From: an uncultured Bulleidia sp.
GTDB taxonomy: Bacteria; Bacillota_I; Bacilli_A; Erysipelotrichales; Erysipelotrichaceae
Assembly (NCBI GenBank): GCA_963557245.1
Contig: CAUWDF010000001.1
Location: forward strand, 1-60,772
Length of the DNA stretch: 60,772 nt
Reading direction: 5' to 3'
Shown here: positions 1-14,418 of the stretch, piece by piece
Layout of the letters: the number at the start of each line of letters is the position of its first letter
Numbering within the stretch: the stretch's first letter is position 1
Made by a program: the position numbers and the translations under genes
The notes under the pieces: model-generated
Seen by the model: the letters and a program-made list of their open reading frames with translations, nothing else
What the model was told of the DNA's origin: nothing
Databases searched by the model: none

Positions 1-95
1 TGAATTTCAAAAGAAAAGGCCTGACACCTTGCCAAGCAAGAAATCAGGCCGTACAATCTGTGTAGTCTTTTGTCCTAAATTTGGGGTTCACTCCC
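1..95 (+). mobile_element. 3' end of an IS3-family insertion sequence (transposase C-terminus plus right inverted repeat), cut by the window edge
   Basis: Frame 3..65 reads NFKRKGLTPCQARNQAVQSV*, like the IS3/IS150 transposase tail (KLKGLSPxxYRxQ). It is followed by TTGTCCTAAATTTGGGGTTCAC, resembling IS3-family right ends. Confidence 0.6.
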
Positions 96-138
96 CTATG
101 GATGTCTTTTAAAAAAAATTGTATCCCCTTATACAATC

Positions 139-414
139 TTATTCATGATTCTTATTCATGGATACTGTATCGCAGATTGGAATTTCTGTTGTATCTTCAC
201 GCTTAGGGAAATCCACATCTACAACATCCCCAACATTGACAATATCGCGCATCAAACCATTGATCAATACCATTGTAGAAGGCATTTCATCCCCACGAAA
301 ATCTTCTGGATTCCCAATATATCCAGTATGAATCGATCCATCGAATAATGTGACCTGTATAAATCTTTGCGTTAAAATACGCATCAATTCTTTCTGTGAT
401 CTTTCCATAAACAC
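139..414 (-). CDS. Small hypothetical protein, possible Sm/LSm-like beta fold
   Basis: 91-aa ORF directly after 424..966; VTLFDGSIHTGYI resembles an Sm1 motif. Confidence 0.6.
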   Translation of the reverse strand: MFMERSQKELMRILTQRFIQVTLFDGSIHTGYIGNPEDFRGDEMPSTMVLINGLMRDIVNVGDVVDVDFPKREDTTEIPICDTVSMNKNHE

Positions 415-423
415 ACTCTCTTT

Positions 424-966
424 CTAATCTGTCGTACCACCAAGTTCTTTTAATGTTCCTTTTCCTCTTGGCGTAATGTTCTTCAATTCTACATTTGAAT
501 TTTCATGTTTCAAGAAAGCAACAAAACGCTGTGCTTCCTCCATCGATCTTGCACTCATGCGGACATCCCCCTCTGTCGTTTCCGCCTTCAGTACAATTCT
601 TCCCTTTTTGGTTTCTCCATCTTTTTCTAGAATCTGAATATTCTTTATATAGACTTCCTGTACTTTTAAATCGTAACATGCCAATATACGAGTCTTTAAA
701 ATATAAGTACAGTCCATCATACCACCTGTTTCATATTCTTCTATATTCTTAACTTCTTTTAATGCTTTACGTACTCTATGCTTATCTCTGTAATAGATAA
801 CTAAGATCAAAAGTAAAGCTATTGCACAGATACCGATGGCAATCTTAAGACCTGGTGTCTTTTTCTTTGTCATCATAAAGGCAATCATGAAAATAATCAG
901 TGGAATACCGAACATAAAATAAGAATATTTAAGGCTTACTAATCCGTAATAAAATTTCTTTACCAT
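424..966 (-). CDS. Hypothetical membrane protein (two N-terminal TM helices, soluble C-terminal domain)
   Basis: 180 aa, two hydrophobic segments, AAAGGA RBS. Confidence 0.75.
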   Translation of the reverse strand: MVKKFYYGLVSLKYSYFMFGIPLIIFMIAFMMTKKKTPGLKIAIGICAIALLLILVIYYRDKHRVRKALKEVKNIEEYETGGMMDCTYILKTRILACYDLKVQEVYIKNIQILEKDGETKKGRIVLKAETTEGDVRMSARSMEEAQRFVAFLKHENSNVELKNITPRGKGTLKELGGTTD

Positions 967-1163
967 GTATTTGAAATATCCTTTATTTCATTAGAATAAC
1001 TTTAACACGAAACGTTTTCATTTAAAACGGGAGGACTATAAAAATCACATGATTTCTTAAGGAATTCGTATCTATTCTTTTTTTACACGTCATTTACAAG
1101 ATTGTACTGGATTCCTTTAGGCTTTATGGTACATTAGTATCGTTGTATTTTACGGAGGAAAAT

Positions 1164-1592
1164 ATGAAACACTTCATGAATCAAAAAGATATGCACGAAA
1201 TGCTTGAGAAAGTACGTCCAGACCATGAATCTTATCGTACAAAAGTATGGTGTATAATCTCAGATGATTCTGACATGGGTAAATTCGCTCTTGAATCTTT
1301 AAGTATTTTTGATAACCTTTGTTGTTACTGCGGTGTGACCGAACACTATCTTGTGATGGTCATTATGAGTCATATGAATATCTCCAATATACAAGAGAAA
1401 ATCGTTATTCCAATCAAGAATATTCGAAATTATGAAAACCAACGAGGTATCCTACCTGGACAAAGACTCGTACGTATTTGTTTTGATAATACCGAACTAC
1501 ATCTTTCTTTACAGGTAAGAAATCCTTTTACATCCCATATTCCAAATCAGAAACAAAATGTAGCAGAACTCTGTCATGCTTTAGCCATTTGA
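1164..1592 (+). CDS. Hypothetical protein
   Basis: GGAGG RBS before ATG 1164; followed by its own terminator. Confidence 0.75.
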   Translation: MKHFMNQKDMHEMLEKVRPDHESYRTKVWCIISDDSDMGKFALESLSIFDNLCCYCGVTEHYLVMVIMSHMNISNIQEKIVIPIKNIRNYENQRGILPGQRLVRICFDNTELHLSLQVRNPFTSHIPNQKQNVAELCHALAI

Positions 1593-1624
1593 CCTTATAC
1601 AAAAATGTATAAGGTTTTTCTTTT
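1591..1624 (+). terminator. Intrinsic terminator
   Basis: ACCTTATACA/TGTATAAGGT stem followed by a T tract. Confidence 0.8.
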
Positions 1625-1692
1625 CTTCTGTGTATATATATCGTAAGACAGGAGGAAGAAGTTTTATGCAGAATACTTCTTAATAACGACAT

Positions 1693-1722
1693 AAAAAATC
1701 CTGTAGAGACCTACAGGATTTT
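1693..1722 (-). terminator. atp operon terminator (potentially bidirectional)
   Basis: AAAAAATCCTGTAG-agac-CTACAGGATTTT immediately after the atpC stop. Confidence 0.85.
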
Positions 1723-1724
1723 CA

Positions 1725-4379
<2,655 letters not shown>

Positions 4380-4380
4380 A

Positions 4381-6441
<2,061 letters not shown>

Positions 6442-6452
<11 letters not shown>

Positions 6453-6954
6453 GATCTGCATCCTTTACAAAAGCATCTACAGCCTTACGATCTAGATCTT
6501 TTGTATCTGTATCTCCAATCAGCTTAGCCGCAGCATCCATCGCAATGTCTACCATTTCCTTCTTCATGGAATCATACATTGCATTGCGTTCTGATTCGAT
6601 CTGTTTCTGTGCTTTTTCTCTTTCTGCATTTGCTTCTCGACGTGCTTCCGCAAGAATCGACTCTTTTTCTGCGCTCGCTTCTTTGACTGCTGCATCTATA
6701 ATCTGTTCCGAACGCTTTGAAGCAGCCGTGAGCTGTTCCTGTGCTTTGGAACGGTCCTGTAACGCATCTGCTTTTGCCTGTTCCCCAGCAGTTAAATCTT
6801 CTTGCATCTTTACAGCACGTGCATCGAGCCAGTTCTTAACTGATTTCCATAAGAACTTTTTCGCTACCAAAAAGAGAATTAAAGTACTGCATAACTGGAC
6901 GACGATTGTCAGTATATTCGGTATTAACTGACCGTTGATATCGACATCTATCAT
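6442..6954 (-). CDS. atpF: ATP synthase Fo b subunit
   Basis: N-terminal TM helix plus long Ala/Glu coiled coil. Confidence 0.95.
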
Positions 6955-6977
6955 CTCGTTTTACACTTTCCAATCCA

Positions 6978-7208
6978 TTAATATACAAACATCAGAAGGA
7001 ATGCGATAAGTAAACCATAAATCGCACATGTTTCAGACAGAGCAATACCTAAGATCATTGTAGAACGAATCTTAGATTCTGCTTCCGGATTCTTTCCGAT
7101 AGCATCACATGCATGCGCTGCAACTTCACCTTCGCCTCGACCTGTCATCATACCTGTCATGACAGCAAGACCTGCACCAATTGCAATTAATCCTTTGTTG
7201 ATATCCAT
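6978..7208 (-). CDS. atpE: ATP synthase Fo c subunit
   Basis: Helical hairpin, KNPEA loop, ALSETCAIY. Confidence 0.97.
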   Translation of the reverse strand: MDINKGLIAIGAGLAVMTGMMTGRGEGEVAAHACDAIGKNPEAESKIRSTMILGIALSETCAIYGLLIAFLLMFVY

Positions 7209-7225
7209 AATATTAGCTCCTCCTA

Positions 7226-7939
7226 TTAAGCTTTATCTCTATATTCTTCAGGAATATCATTCCCGATGAGAACCACGGTTAACGTGACAAATACAAGTGT
7301 CTGAATAAATCCTGCAAACAAATCGAAATATGCATGCAAGACTGGTGTAATGAACGGTGCCATAAAGTTAAATACATTTCCTGTAATTGGCACAAGTAAT
7401 CCAATAATCGAATTGGATAAAGACTGACAAGCTGTATATACCAGCTGCATCATGACACCACCACATAAAATATTACCGAACAGACGTAAAGACATCGATA
7501 CCATTGTAGAGAACTTACCAAATATATTCATCGGTAACATAACTGCGATTGGCTCTAAGAATGAATGGAAATATCCCTTCACGCCCATAAACTTAAATTC
7601 CGTTGCTTGAATCAATACCCAAGTAATGATAGATAATAACAACGTGACACTAAAGTTCGCTGTCGGTGAATCAAATCCAAATAAAGAGATGATGTTAGCG
7701 GTAAAGATATATACCCATAACACAAGAATATATGGAGTCAGTGCATCTGCATAATGCTTACCAACTGAATCCTTTACCATCTTATGAACCGCTTGTACCC
7801 CTAATATAACTGGTAATACGATTCCTTTTGGTTTCTCCATAGGATCAGTGCGATCGATCTTCTTTGAAATCCAGATCATTCCTGCACATAATAATATAGT
7901 CAGGAACACGATGGTATATACATCTGTTTGAATTGACAT
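7226..7939 (-). CDS. atpB: ATP synthase Fo a subunit
   Basis: SMSLRLFGNI, FAGFIQTLVF; start reset to MSIQTD. Confidence 0.96.
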   Translation of the reverse strand: MSIQTDVYTIVFLTILLCAGMIWISKKIDRTDPMEKPKGIVLPVILGVQAVHKMVKDSVGKHYADALTPYILVLWVYIFTANIISLFGFDSPTANFSVTLLLSIITWVLIQATEFKFMGVKGYFHSFLEPIAVMLPMNIFGKFSTMVSMSLRLFGNILCGGVMMQLVYTACQSLSNSIIGLLVPITGNVFNFMAPFITPVLHAYFDLFAGFIQTLVFVTLTVVLIGNDIPEEYRDKA

Positions 7940-7940
7940 A

Positions 7941-8288
7941 TTAAGATTCCTTTCTAGCAGATAATGCATCAATCAATGATGTAAATTTAATAATTAAGAT
8001 GCCTGCGGTATAAGCGAATATATTGAATACATTTGGAAGAATAATACATACAAGCAGTCCACCTGCCATAATCAATAGATTCATACCAAATGTCGAATAA
8101 CCAATATGTGGTGTACTATAACCTGAATCGATTACACCTCCCCAAAACCTTTCAATTCGCCAATATAAAATTCTGGAAAGAGTACATCCTAAGATCCATC
8201 CAGCGGCCCATGAACCATTTATAATAAATAATACAAGAGCTGCAACAATGGCTAGTGTGTAATAGATTTTCCAGGAACGATCTGTCAT
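7941..8288 (-). CDS. atpI: ATP synthase protein I-like membrane protein
   Basis: About 115 aa, four hydrophobic segments, first gene of the atp operon, GGAGG RBS. Confidence 0.75.
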   Translation of the reverse strand: MTDRSWKIYYTLAIVAALVLFIINGSWAAGWILGCTLSRILYWRIERFWGGVIDSGYSTPHIGYSTFGMNLLIMAGGLLVCIILPNVFNIFAYTAGILIIKFTSLIDALSARKES

Positions 8289-8471
8289 TCTTACGTCCCT
8301 CCGCTTTACATCAATGTTCATTCACATTATATCTGTAATTATAACGAAATAGATTTCATAACTCTTCTAATATGCTCCTATTATATACATAATTTACGTT
8401 TTGTTTCACCAAAAAATGTAAACCCTTTCATCATATTTAACACTTCATTCTTTTTGTATATACATATACGT

Positions 8472-8508
8472 AAAAAAAGACAGACAAGTGTATCACTCTG
8501 TCTGTCTG
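8472..8508 (-). terminator. parB terminator
   Basis: AGACAGACA/TGTCTGTCT stem with an A7 tract (U tract on the minus strand). Confidence 0.75.
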
Positions 8509-8511
8509 TTA

Positions 8512-9414
8512 TTATTCATGAATGGATTCGTCTAAGCATCCAATCAATTCCAAAATACGATTCAGGTCATCGTTATCAGAAAAAGAAATTGTGATTTTTT
8601 TATGAGCAACCTGTACTTTTGTACCAAGTCTTTCCTTCATATGATTTTCAAGATCTACGATAATCGGATCTTTCTTGGGCTTTTCTTTTTCAACCTGTTC
8701 GGCGGAATCCTGTCCATTCAGCTCTTTGACATACTTCTCAACTTCACGAACGGACATCTTCTTCTTTAATACTTCTTCTGCCGCATCATAGATACGGTTC
8801 TCATCTTTTAGACTTAAAAGAGGACGTACATGAGACATCGTCAACTTCTTATCAATAACAAGCTGCTGTACTTCATCTGGAAGTTTCAGTAAACGCAAAA
8901 TATTTGCACAATATTCACGAGACTTACCAACTCTTTCCGCAAGCTTCTCCTGTGTATAATCTAATTTTTGAATCAAAGATTCATAAGCAGCTGCTTCTTC
9001 AATTGGATTCAGATCTTCACGCTGAACATTCTCTAAAATGGAGATTTCCATCATCTGATCTTCCGTGAATTCCACTTCAATCGCAGGTACTTTTTCAAGA
9101 CCTACAATCTTTGCGGCTCTTAAACGTCTTTCACCTGTGATCAGATCATACCCAGAGACACTCTTACGAACAAGAAGTGGAGTAAAGATACCATGTGTGC
9201 GAATTGATTCTGCTAATTCTTCCAATGCTTTCTTATCAAATTCCTTACGTGGCTGATATGGATTTGGACGGATCTCTTCAACTGGAATCGAGATTTCTCT
9301 TCTGCCTGGTGTTGATGTGGAACTGTTCTGAATGTCATCCAAGAATTTTTCTACATTACATTCAAAAATGGAATCGAGTCCTTTATGAAGACCTGCCTGC
9401 TTCTTTCCTGCCAT
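8512..9414 (-). CDS. parB: Chromosome partitioning protein ParB/Spo0J
   Basis: GLHKGLDSIF N-terminal motif, PNPYQPRK, GERRLRA, ENVQREDLNPIEEA. Confidence 0.96.
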   Translation of the reverse strand: MAGKKQAGLHKGLDSIFECNVEKFLDDIQNSSTSTPGRREISIPVEEIRPNPYQPRKEFDKKALEELAESIRTHGIFTPLLVRKSVSGYDLITGERRLRAAKIVGLEKVPAIEVEFTEDQMMEISILENVQREDLNPIEEAAAYESLIQKLDYTQEKLAERVGKSREYCANILRLLKLPDEVQQLVIDKKLTMSHVRPLLSLKDENRIYDAAEEVLKKKMSVREVEKYVKELNGQDSAEQVEKEKPKKDPIIVDLENHMKERLGTKVQVAHKKITISFSDNDDLNRILELIGCLDESIHE

Positions 9415-9417
9415 ACG

Positions 9418-10197
9418 CTACCTCCTTCCTTTCTCATTCTGGAAGATAACTTCCTTTACAAGCTGTGCATATGCTTTCGCTCCTTCCGAACGTGTATCAT
9501 ATTCAAATATTGTTTCTTCTTCCGAAGGCGCCTCGGATAAACGAACGTTACGAGGAATATAGCACTTATATACTTTTTCTTTAAAATATTTACGAACTTC
9601 CTGCTGTACTTCAACCGATAACTTCGTACGTACATCGAACATTGTCAGAAGAACTCCTTCAATGGATAATTCTGGATTAAATAACTTCTGGACAAGACGA
9701 ATTGTACTTAATAACTGTGTCAAACCCTCCAATGCAAAATATTCACACTGAACTGGAATCATGACGGAATCCGCTGCGGTCAGAGCATTTGTATTTAAAA
9801 GACCTAAAGACGGTGGACAGTCAATAATAATGTAATCATAATGATCCTTTACCGGAGCAAGCTTATTCTTCAATAGTCTCTCACGGCCTAACTCATATGA
9901 AGCCATTTCTACATCTGCCCCGGAAAGGTCAACCGTAGAAGGCATGACATCTAATGGTGGCATCTGTAATGTAACTTTAATATCATCAACAGTACTATTA
10001 CTCATCAGAAGATCATATGTACTTTTATCATACCCAACTTTGTTCGCACCGATACCATGTGTTGCATTGCCCTGTGGATCAAAGTCAACAAGCAGTACTT
10101 TCTTGCCTACATAAGCAAGTCCTGCAGATAGATTCATAGCGGTAGTAGTCTTACCGACACCACCTTTTTGGTTTGCAATTGCAATGATCTTTCCCAT
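9418..10197 (-). CDS. parA: ParA/Soj ATPase
   Basis: [25 protein letters not shown]. Confidence 0.97.
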   Translation of the reverse strand: MGKIIAIANQKGGVGKTTTAMNLSAGLAYVGKKVLLVDFDPQGNATHGIGANKVGYDKSTYDLLMSNSTVDDIKVTLQMPPLDVMPSTVDLSGADVEMASYELGRERLLKNKLAPVKDHYDYIIIDCPPSLGLLNTNALTAADSVMIPVQCEYFALEGLTQLLSTIRLVQKLFNPELSIEGVLLTMFDVRTKLSVEVQQEVRKYFKEKVYKCYIPRNVRLSEAPSEEETIFEYDTRSEGAKAYAQLVKEVIFQNEKGRR

Positions 10198-10208
10198 TTA
10201 TCTTCCTC

Positions 10209-11015
10209 TCACTTCTTTGGAAAACGGATGATCATGCAGACTTCTGTCGGTGTCTCCTCCGTTTCTGTATTTACTTCTATACCTAATTTTTCAATCATTT
10301 TAATACTCTGCTCAACTGTATTGACCGCAATCCTTGTATTTCTAGAAAAACCTTTCGTCTTCTGATGGGAACGTGGTTTTGGTTCTGCAGAAATTTTTTT
10401 AATATAGGTTTCTGTTTCGCGTACGTTTAGATTTTTCTGAACGATGATGTTATAGACTTTTTTCTTTTGATCATCTGGAATCGATAAAATTGCACGGGCA
10501 TGACGCTCTGTGATTTTTCCTTCCATGACCCCTGCCTGTATCTCATCCGGAAGATTCAGAAGACGAATCTTATTTGCGACCGAAGACTGAGACTTACCAA
10601 TCTTTTTGGCTAATTCTTCTTGCGTCATACCGGATTGGCGGATGATTTGAACATAACTTTTTGCCTCTTCAATAGCCGACAGATCTTTACGCTGAATATT
10701 TTCGACGAGAGCCATCTGAGCTGCTTGATCTTCTGTTGGTGTCAATACATAACATGGAACCTTATCCATTCCAATCTTACAACACGCACGATATCTTCTT
10801 TCTCCAGCAATCAGTTCGTAGTGATCTCCTACCGCACGAACAGTCAAAGGTTGAATTAAACCATTTTCTTGAATAGACTGCGCAAGTTCTTGTAGATCGT
10901 TCTCGTCAAAGATAAGTCTTGGCTGATAACGAGATGGCTTGATCTTTTCTACCGATACAGAAATGACGCGCTCCCGATCCATCTCTGTAAAAATATCAAA
11001 AAATCTGTTTGGCAT
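10209..11015 (-). CDS. noc: Nucleoid occlusion protein Noc (ParB paralogue)
   Basis: ParB domain with amphipathic N-terminus MPNRFFDIF; located between rsmG and soj as in Bacillus. Confidence 0.88.
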   Translation of the reverse strand: MPNRFFDIFTEMDRERVISVSVEKIKPSRYQPRLIFDENDLQELAQSIQENGLIQPLTVRAVGDHYELIAGERRYRACCKIGMDKVPCYVLTPTEDQAAQMALVENIQRKDLSAIEEAKSYVQIIRQSGMTQEELAKKIGKSQSSVANKIRLLNLPDEIQAGVMEGKITERHARAILSIPDDQKKKVYNIIVQKNLNVRETETYIKKISAEPKPRSHQKTKGFSRNTRIAVNTVEQSIKMIEKLGIEVNTETEETPTEVCMIIRFPKK

Positions 11016-11024
11016 ATCTTCTCC

Positions 11025-11723
11025 TTAAAGTGGCTTTTTCTTCATTGTTCCATAATTACGAGGATATTCCGCAGGTGTTTTCTTCGCTTTACGATAGAAT
11101 AGATTGACTCTCGCATCTCCAGAGAACAAAGATACATCCTGTTCTTTTTCTAATACAGCACCCAATACATCTGTCGCATGTTTCGCTTCTACAGCTTCTT
11201 CATGTCCTTTCGATCCCTTCATAGCGATAAAAAGGCCAGTAGTCTGTACAAGTGGAAGAGTAAGCTCGGATAGGAGGCGCAGGTTCGCAACAGCTCTTGC
11301 TGTAACGACTTGGAAAGAACTGCGAGCTTTTGTGACAAATTCTTCCGCACGTTCATTCACGACTTGTATCTCTTTTAATCCAAGATCCTGAATAACTGCA
11401 TTTAAGAAATTACATCTTTTGCCAGTAGGTTCCACAAGTGTAATCTTGAGATCAGGGCGCACAATTTTCCATACAAGTCCTGGAAAACCAGCTCCAGATC
11501 CAATATCGGCAACCTTTCCACTTAATTCCTTAACGGATAATGGCAAAATACAATCATAGAAATGTTTTTCAAATACTTCTTCCTTTTCTGTGATTGCAGT
11601 CAGATTCATCTTTTCATTCCATTCGCGCAAAAGATCCGCATACCGAATCAATTGAGCGACCATCTCTTCAGAAAGAATGACACCGCATTCTTCACTCTTT
11701 TTTACTAATTCTTCAATTGTCAT
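11025..11723 (-). CDS. rsmG: 16S rRNA m7G527 methyltransferase
   Basis: WNEKMNLTAI, DIGSGAGFPG, VTARAVA. Confidence 0.97.
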   Translation of the reverse strand: MTIEELVKKSEECGVILSEEMVAQLIRYADLLREWNEKMNLTAITEKEEVFEKHFYDCILPLSVKELSGKVADIGSGAGFPGLVWKIVRPDLKITLVEPTGKRCNFLNAVIQDLGLKEIQVVNERAEEFVTKARSSFQVVTARAVANLRLLSELTLPLVQTTGLFIAMKGSKGHEEAVEAKHATDVLGAVLEKEQDVSLFSGDARVNLFYRKAKKTPAEYPRNYGTMKKKPL

Positions 11724-11787
11724 TCCTTCATCCTTCTCTTTCTTTAAAATCATAACACTCTCATTTTTATAATAAAAGATTAAAATA

Positions 11788-11888
11788 TGTGGAAAACTTT
11801 TTTGTCCACAATTTTTGATATAGAAAGTGCATGAATAAGCCCTTTTACACTATTAGGCTAAAGAAAGTGGATAAAATATTTATCCACT
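11788..11888. promoter_or_regulatory. DnaA-box cluster upstream of rsmG
   Basis: TGTGGAAAA (11788), TTGTCCACA (11802), AGTGGATAA (11866), TTATCCACT (11880), each one mismatch from TTATCCACA. Confidence 0.65.
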
Positions 11889-11899
11889 TATATAGGAAT

Positions 11900-12541
11900 T
11901 TAAAATGATTTAACTTCTTCTCCAATAATAAATTCAGCATGGGGCAGTGTCTCTACCCACTTGCAGAAAGCACGCCATTCTGGCAAACGATGATCTTTTC
12001 TCTGATGATAGATTGTTTTTAATGCACGATAATTTGTAGTCATTTTCGCTGTCAAACGGAATCCGGCAGGATTGGAATATAAGATTTCTAAGTATTTTTC
12101 ATTCGATTGCTTTGTCAGTTCATGAACATCGCCGCCCATTTCTTTACAAGCCGCAATTTCATCCTGTATTGCATTATATTCCTTTACTTTCTCTTTCATA
12201 ATTTCTACGATTCTAGAATCCGTATAAGGCATGTACGCGCCATCCAAATCAAACTTCGTAATACGATGCATCGTAGATTGGGAAGACACAAAATCAAGGA
12301 ACTTATAACGTTCCGCTTCAACCCAAGCTTTATTAGAGAATGTTAAATCAAACTGTACAACGATTCCTGTCATGAATTGATCATGACCACTACCGGTTGG
12401 ACAAGTTGCTAGAGCCATCGTTGATTTTGTAATCTCGGATGTGACTTTATTTAGATCAACGGCATAAGAATACTTCGCACCCTTTACCGCATCTTCAAAC
12501 CCATAAATATGGACATTGGATACTACATCCTGATAATTCAT
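11900..12541 (-). CDS. Divergent ThyX-like (flavin-dependent thymidylate synthase fold) protein
   Basis: GSGHDQF..IVVQFDL, ERYK....SSQSTMH and NPAGFRLTAKMTTNYRALKTIYHQRKDHRLPEW align with the ThyX motifs GH-S-FE, RHRx7S and LP..T.N.R.L....R....Q.E. Confidence 0.7.
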   Translation of the reverse strand: MNYQDVVSNVHIYGFEDAVKGAKYSYAVDLNKVTSEITKSTMALATCPTGSGHDQFMTGIVVQFDLTFSNKAWVEAERYKFLDFVSSQSTMHRITKFDLDGAYMPYTDSRIVEIMKEKVKEYNAIQDEIAACKEMGGDVHELTKQSNEKYLEILYSNPAGFRLTAKMTTNYRALKTIYHQRKDHRLPEWRAFCKWVETLPHAEFIIGEEVKSF

Positions 12542-14418
12542 TTATTCAATCCCTTTCCTTGTTTAACCGCAATAGCTAGTACGGCAAGATCGGCCGGATT
12601 GACACCGGATATACGACTTGCCTGTCCCATTGTGGCAGGTTTATATTTCATGAGCTTCTGTCTACCTTCAATGGATAGATTATCGACTTCATCATAATTA
12701 AAATCGACACCAAGTTTGATTTCTTCCATAGACTTCAGCTTTTCCGCTTCTCTCTTTGCTTTTTCAATATAGCCAGCATATTTTAGATCAATATCTGTCT
12801 TGTTCGCTATAAAAGAATCACATGTCTCATCGATACATGCAAATAACTTTTCTGTTTCTACTTTTGGACGACGTACAAGATCTAGACCATTCAAACCACG
12901 ATGTCCATTTTCTTCATAACCACAAGAGAGAAGATAGTCATGAACTTTTGGATCATCTGCTTCAAAAGTTGTTGCCTTAAGCTGTTCTTTTGTATGCTGA
13001 AGAGCTTTTTGTTTTTCATCAAACATCTCCATACGTTCATCACTGATAAGACCTGCATTACGACCAATATGAATCAAGCGCTCTTCGGCATTATCATGAC
13101 GTAAAAGGAGACGGAATTCAGCGCGGCTTGTTAGCAAACGATATGGTTCTAATGTACCCTTTGCCGTTAAGTCGTCTGTCATGACACCGATATACGCTTC
13201 ATCTCTTCCTAATACAATCTGTTCTTTTCCATCTAACTTTAAAGAAGCGTTAATACCTGCCATCATACCTTGTCCAGCTGCTTCTTCATAGCCAGAAGTA
13301 CCATTAACCTGACCAGCTGTATATAAATTTTTTATAATTTTAGATTCATATGTTGGCTTCATTTGTATTGGTAAGATTGCATCATATTCAATAGCATATG
13401 CATATTTCTTGATGATACTGTTCTCGAAACCAGGTAAAGAATGTACCATTTTTTCTTGAATATCTCTTGGTAAAGAAGTAGAGAAACCTTGTACATATGT
13501 TGTATCCATAGAAAGAGATTCTGGTTCTAAGAATAAGAGATGACGTGGTTTATCTTTAAAACGTACTAATTTATCTTCAATGGAAGGACAATAACGAGGT
13601 CCTACGCCTTTTACCACACCCGAATACATAGAAGAACGATTCAGATTCGACAGTATCAGCTCATGTGTTTCTGGTGTTGTATAGGTTAAGTAACATGGAA
13701 CCTGTTGTTCAAATGGTAATACATCTTCTGATCTTGTTATTTCTGAGAAACGTAAAAAACCTTCACTACCAGGTTCATACTTTGTCTTAGAAAAATCAAT
13801 CGAAGATGTGATTACACGAGGTGGTGTTCCCGTCTTTAAACGGAACGTTTCCAAACCAAGTTCACGTAAAGAGGCTGAAAGATCATTTGTAGTCTCTTCC
13901 ATATCTGGACCACCTTCACATACTTCATCGGAAATCATATTGACACCAGCCATATAAGTACCTGTTGTTAAAATAACAATCTCACAAGATAAGAAAGACC
14001 CATCTTTTAAAGTAACACCTGTAATCTTATGATTCTTAGCATGAATACGAACAGCCATTCCTTCTATGACTGTTAGATTTTCTTGATGCAAACATACATC
14101 TTGCATCATCTTTTTATAAGCAATTTTATCCGACTGGACACGAAGCGCACGTACGCCCGGTCCTTTCGCACTGTTCAACATCTTAAACTGTAGAGCAGTA
14201 TGATCGGCTGTAATCGGCATTTGACCACCTAAAGCATCCAATTCACGAACAACAATTCCCTTTGCCGGTCCACCTACAGAAGGATTACATGGCATTTTAC
14301 CGATATTACGAATTGATAATGTCAAAAGACATGTTTTTTTCTTTGTACGAGCGGCTGCGAGTGCTGCTTCAATACCAGCATGGCCGCCTCCAATAACGAT
14401 GATATCAAAATCACGCAT
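12538..14418 (-). CDS. mnmG: tRNA U34 carboxymethylaminomethyl modification enzyme MnmG/GidA
   Basis: GGGHAGIEAA, MPCNPSVGG, GPRYCPSIEDK, GTSGYEEAAGQG. Confidence 0.99.
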   Translation of the reverse strand: MRDFDIIVIGGGHAGIEAALAAARTKKKTCLLTLSIRNIGKMPCNPSVGGPAKGIVVRELDALGGQMPITADHTALQFKMLNSAKGPGVRALRVQSDKIAYKKMMQDVCLHQENLTVIEGMAVRIHAKNHKITGVTLKDGSFLSCEIVILTTGTYMAGVNMISDEVCEGGPDMEETTNDLSASLRELGLETFRLKTGTPPRVITSSIDFSKTKYEPGSEGFLRFSEITRSEDVLPFEQQVPCYLTYTTPETHELILSNLNRSSMYSGVVKGVGPRYCPSIEDKLVRFKDKPRHLLFLEPESLSMDTTYVQGFSTSLPRDIQEKMVHSLPGFENSIIKKYAYAIEYDAILPIQMKPTYESKIIKNLYTAGQVNGTSGYEEAAGQGMMAGINASLKLDGKEQIVLGRDEAYIGVMTDDLTAKGTLEPYRLLTSRAEFRLLLRHDNAEERLIHIGRNAGLISDERMEMFDEKQKALQHTKEQLKATTFEADDPKVHDYLLSCGYEENGHRGLNGLDLVRRPKVETEKLFACIDETCDSFIANKTDIDLKYAGYIEKAKREAEKLKSMEEIKLGVDFNYDEVDNLSIEGRQKLMKYKPATMGQASRISGVNPADLAVLAIAVKQGKGLNK

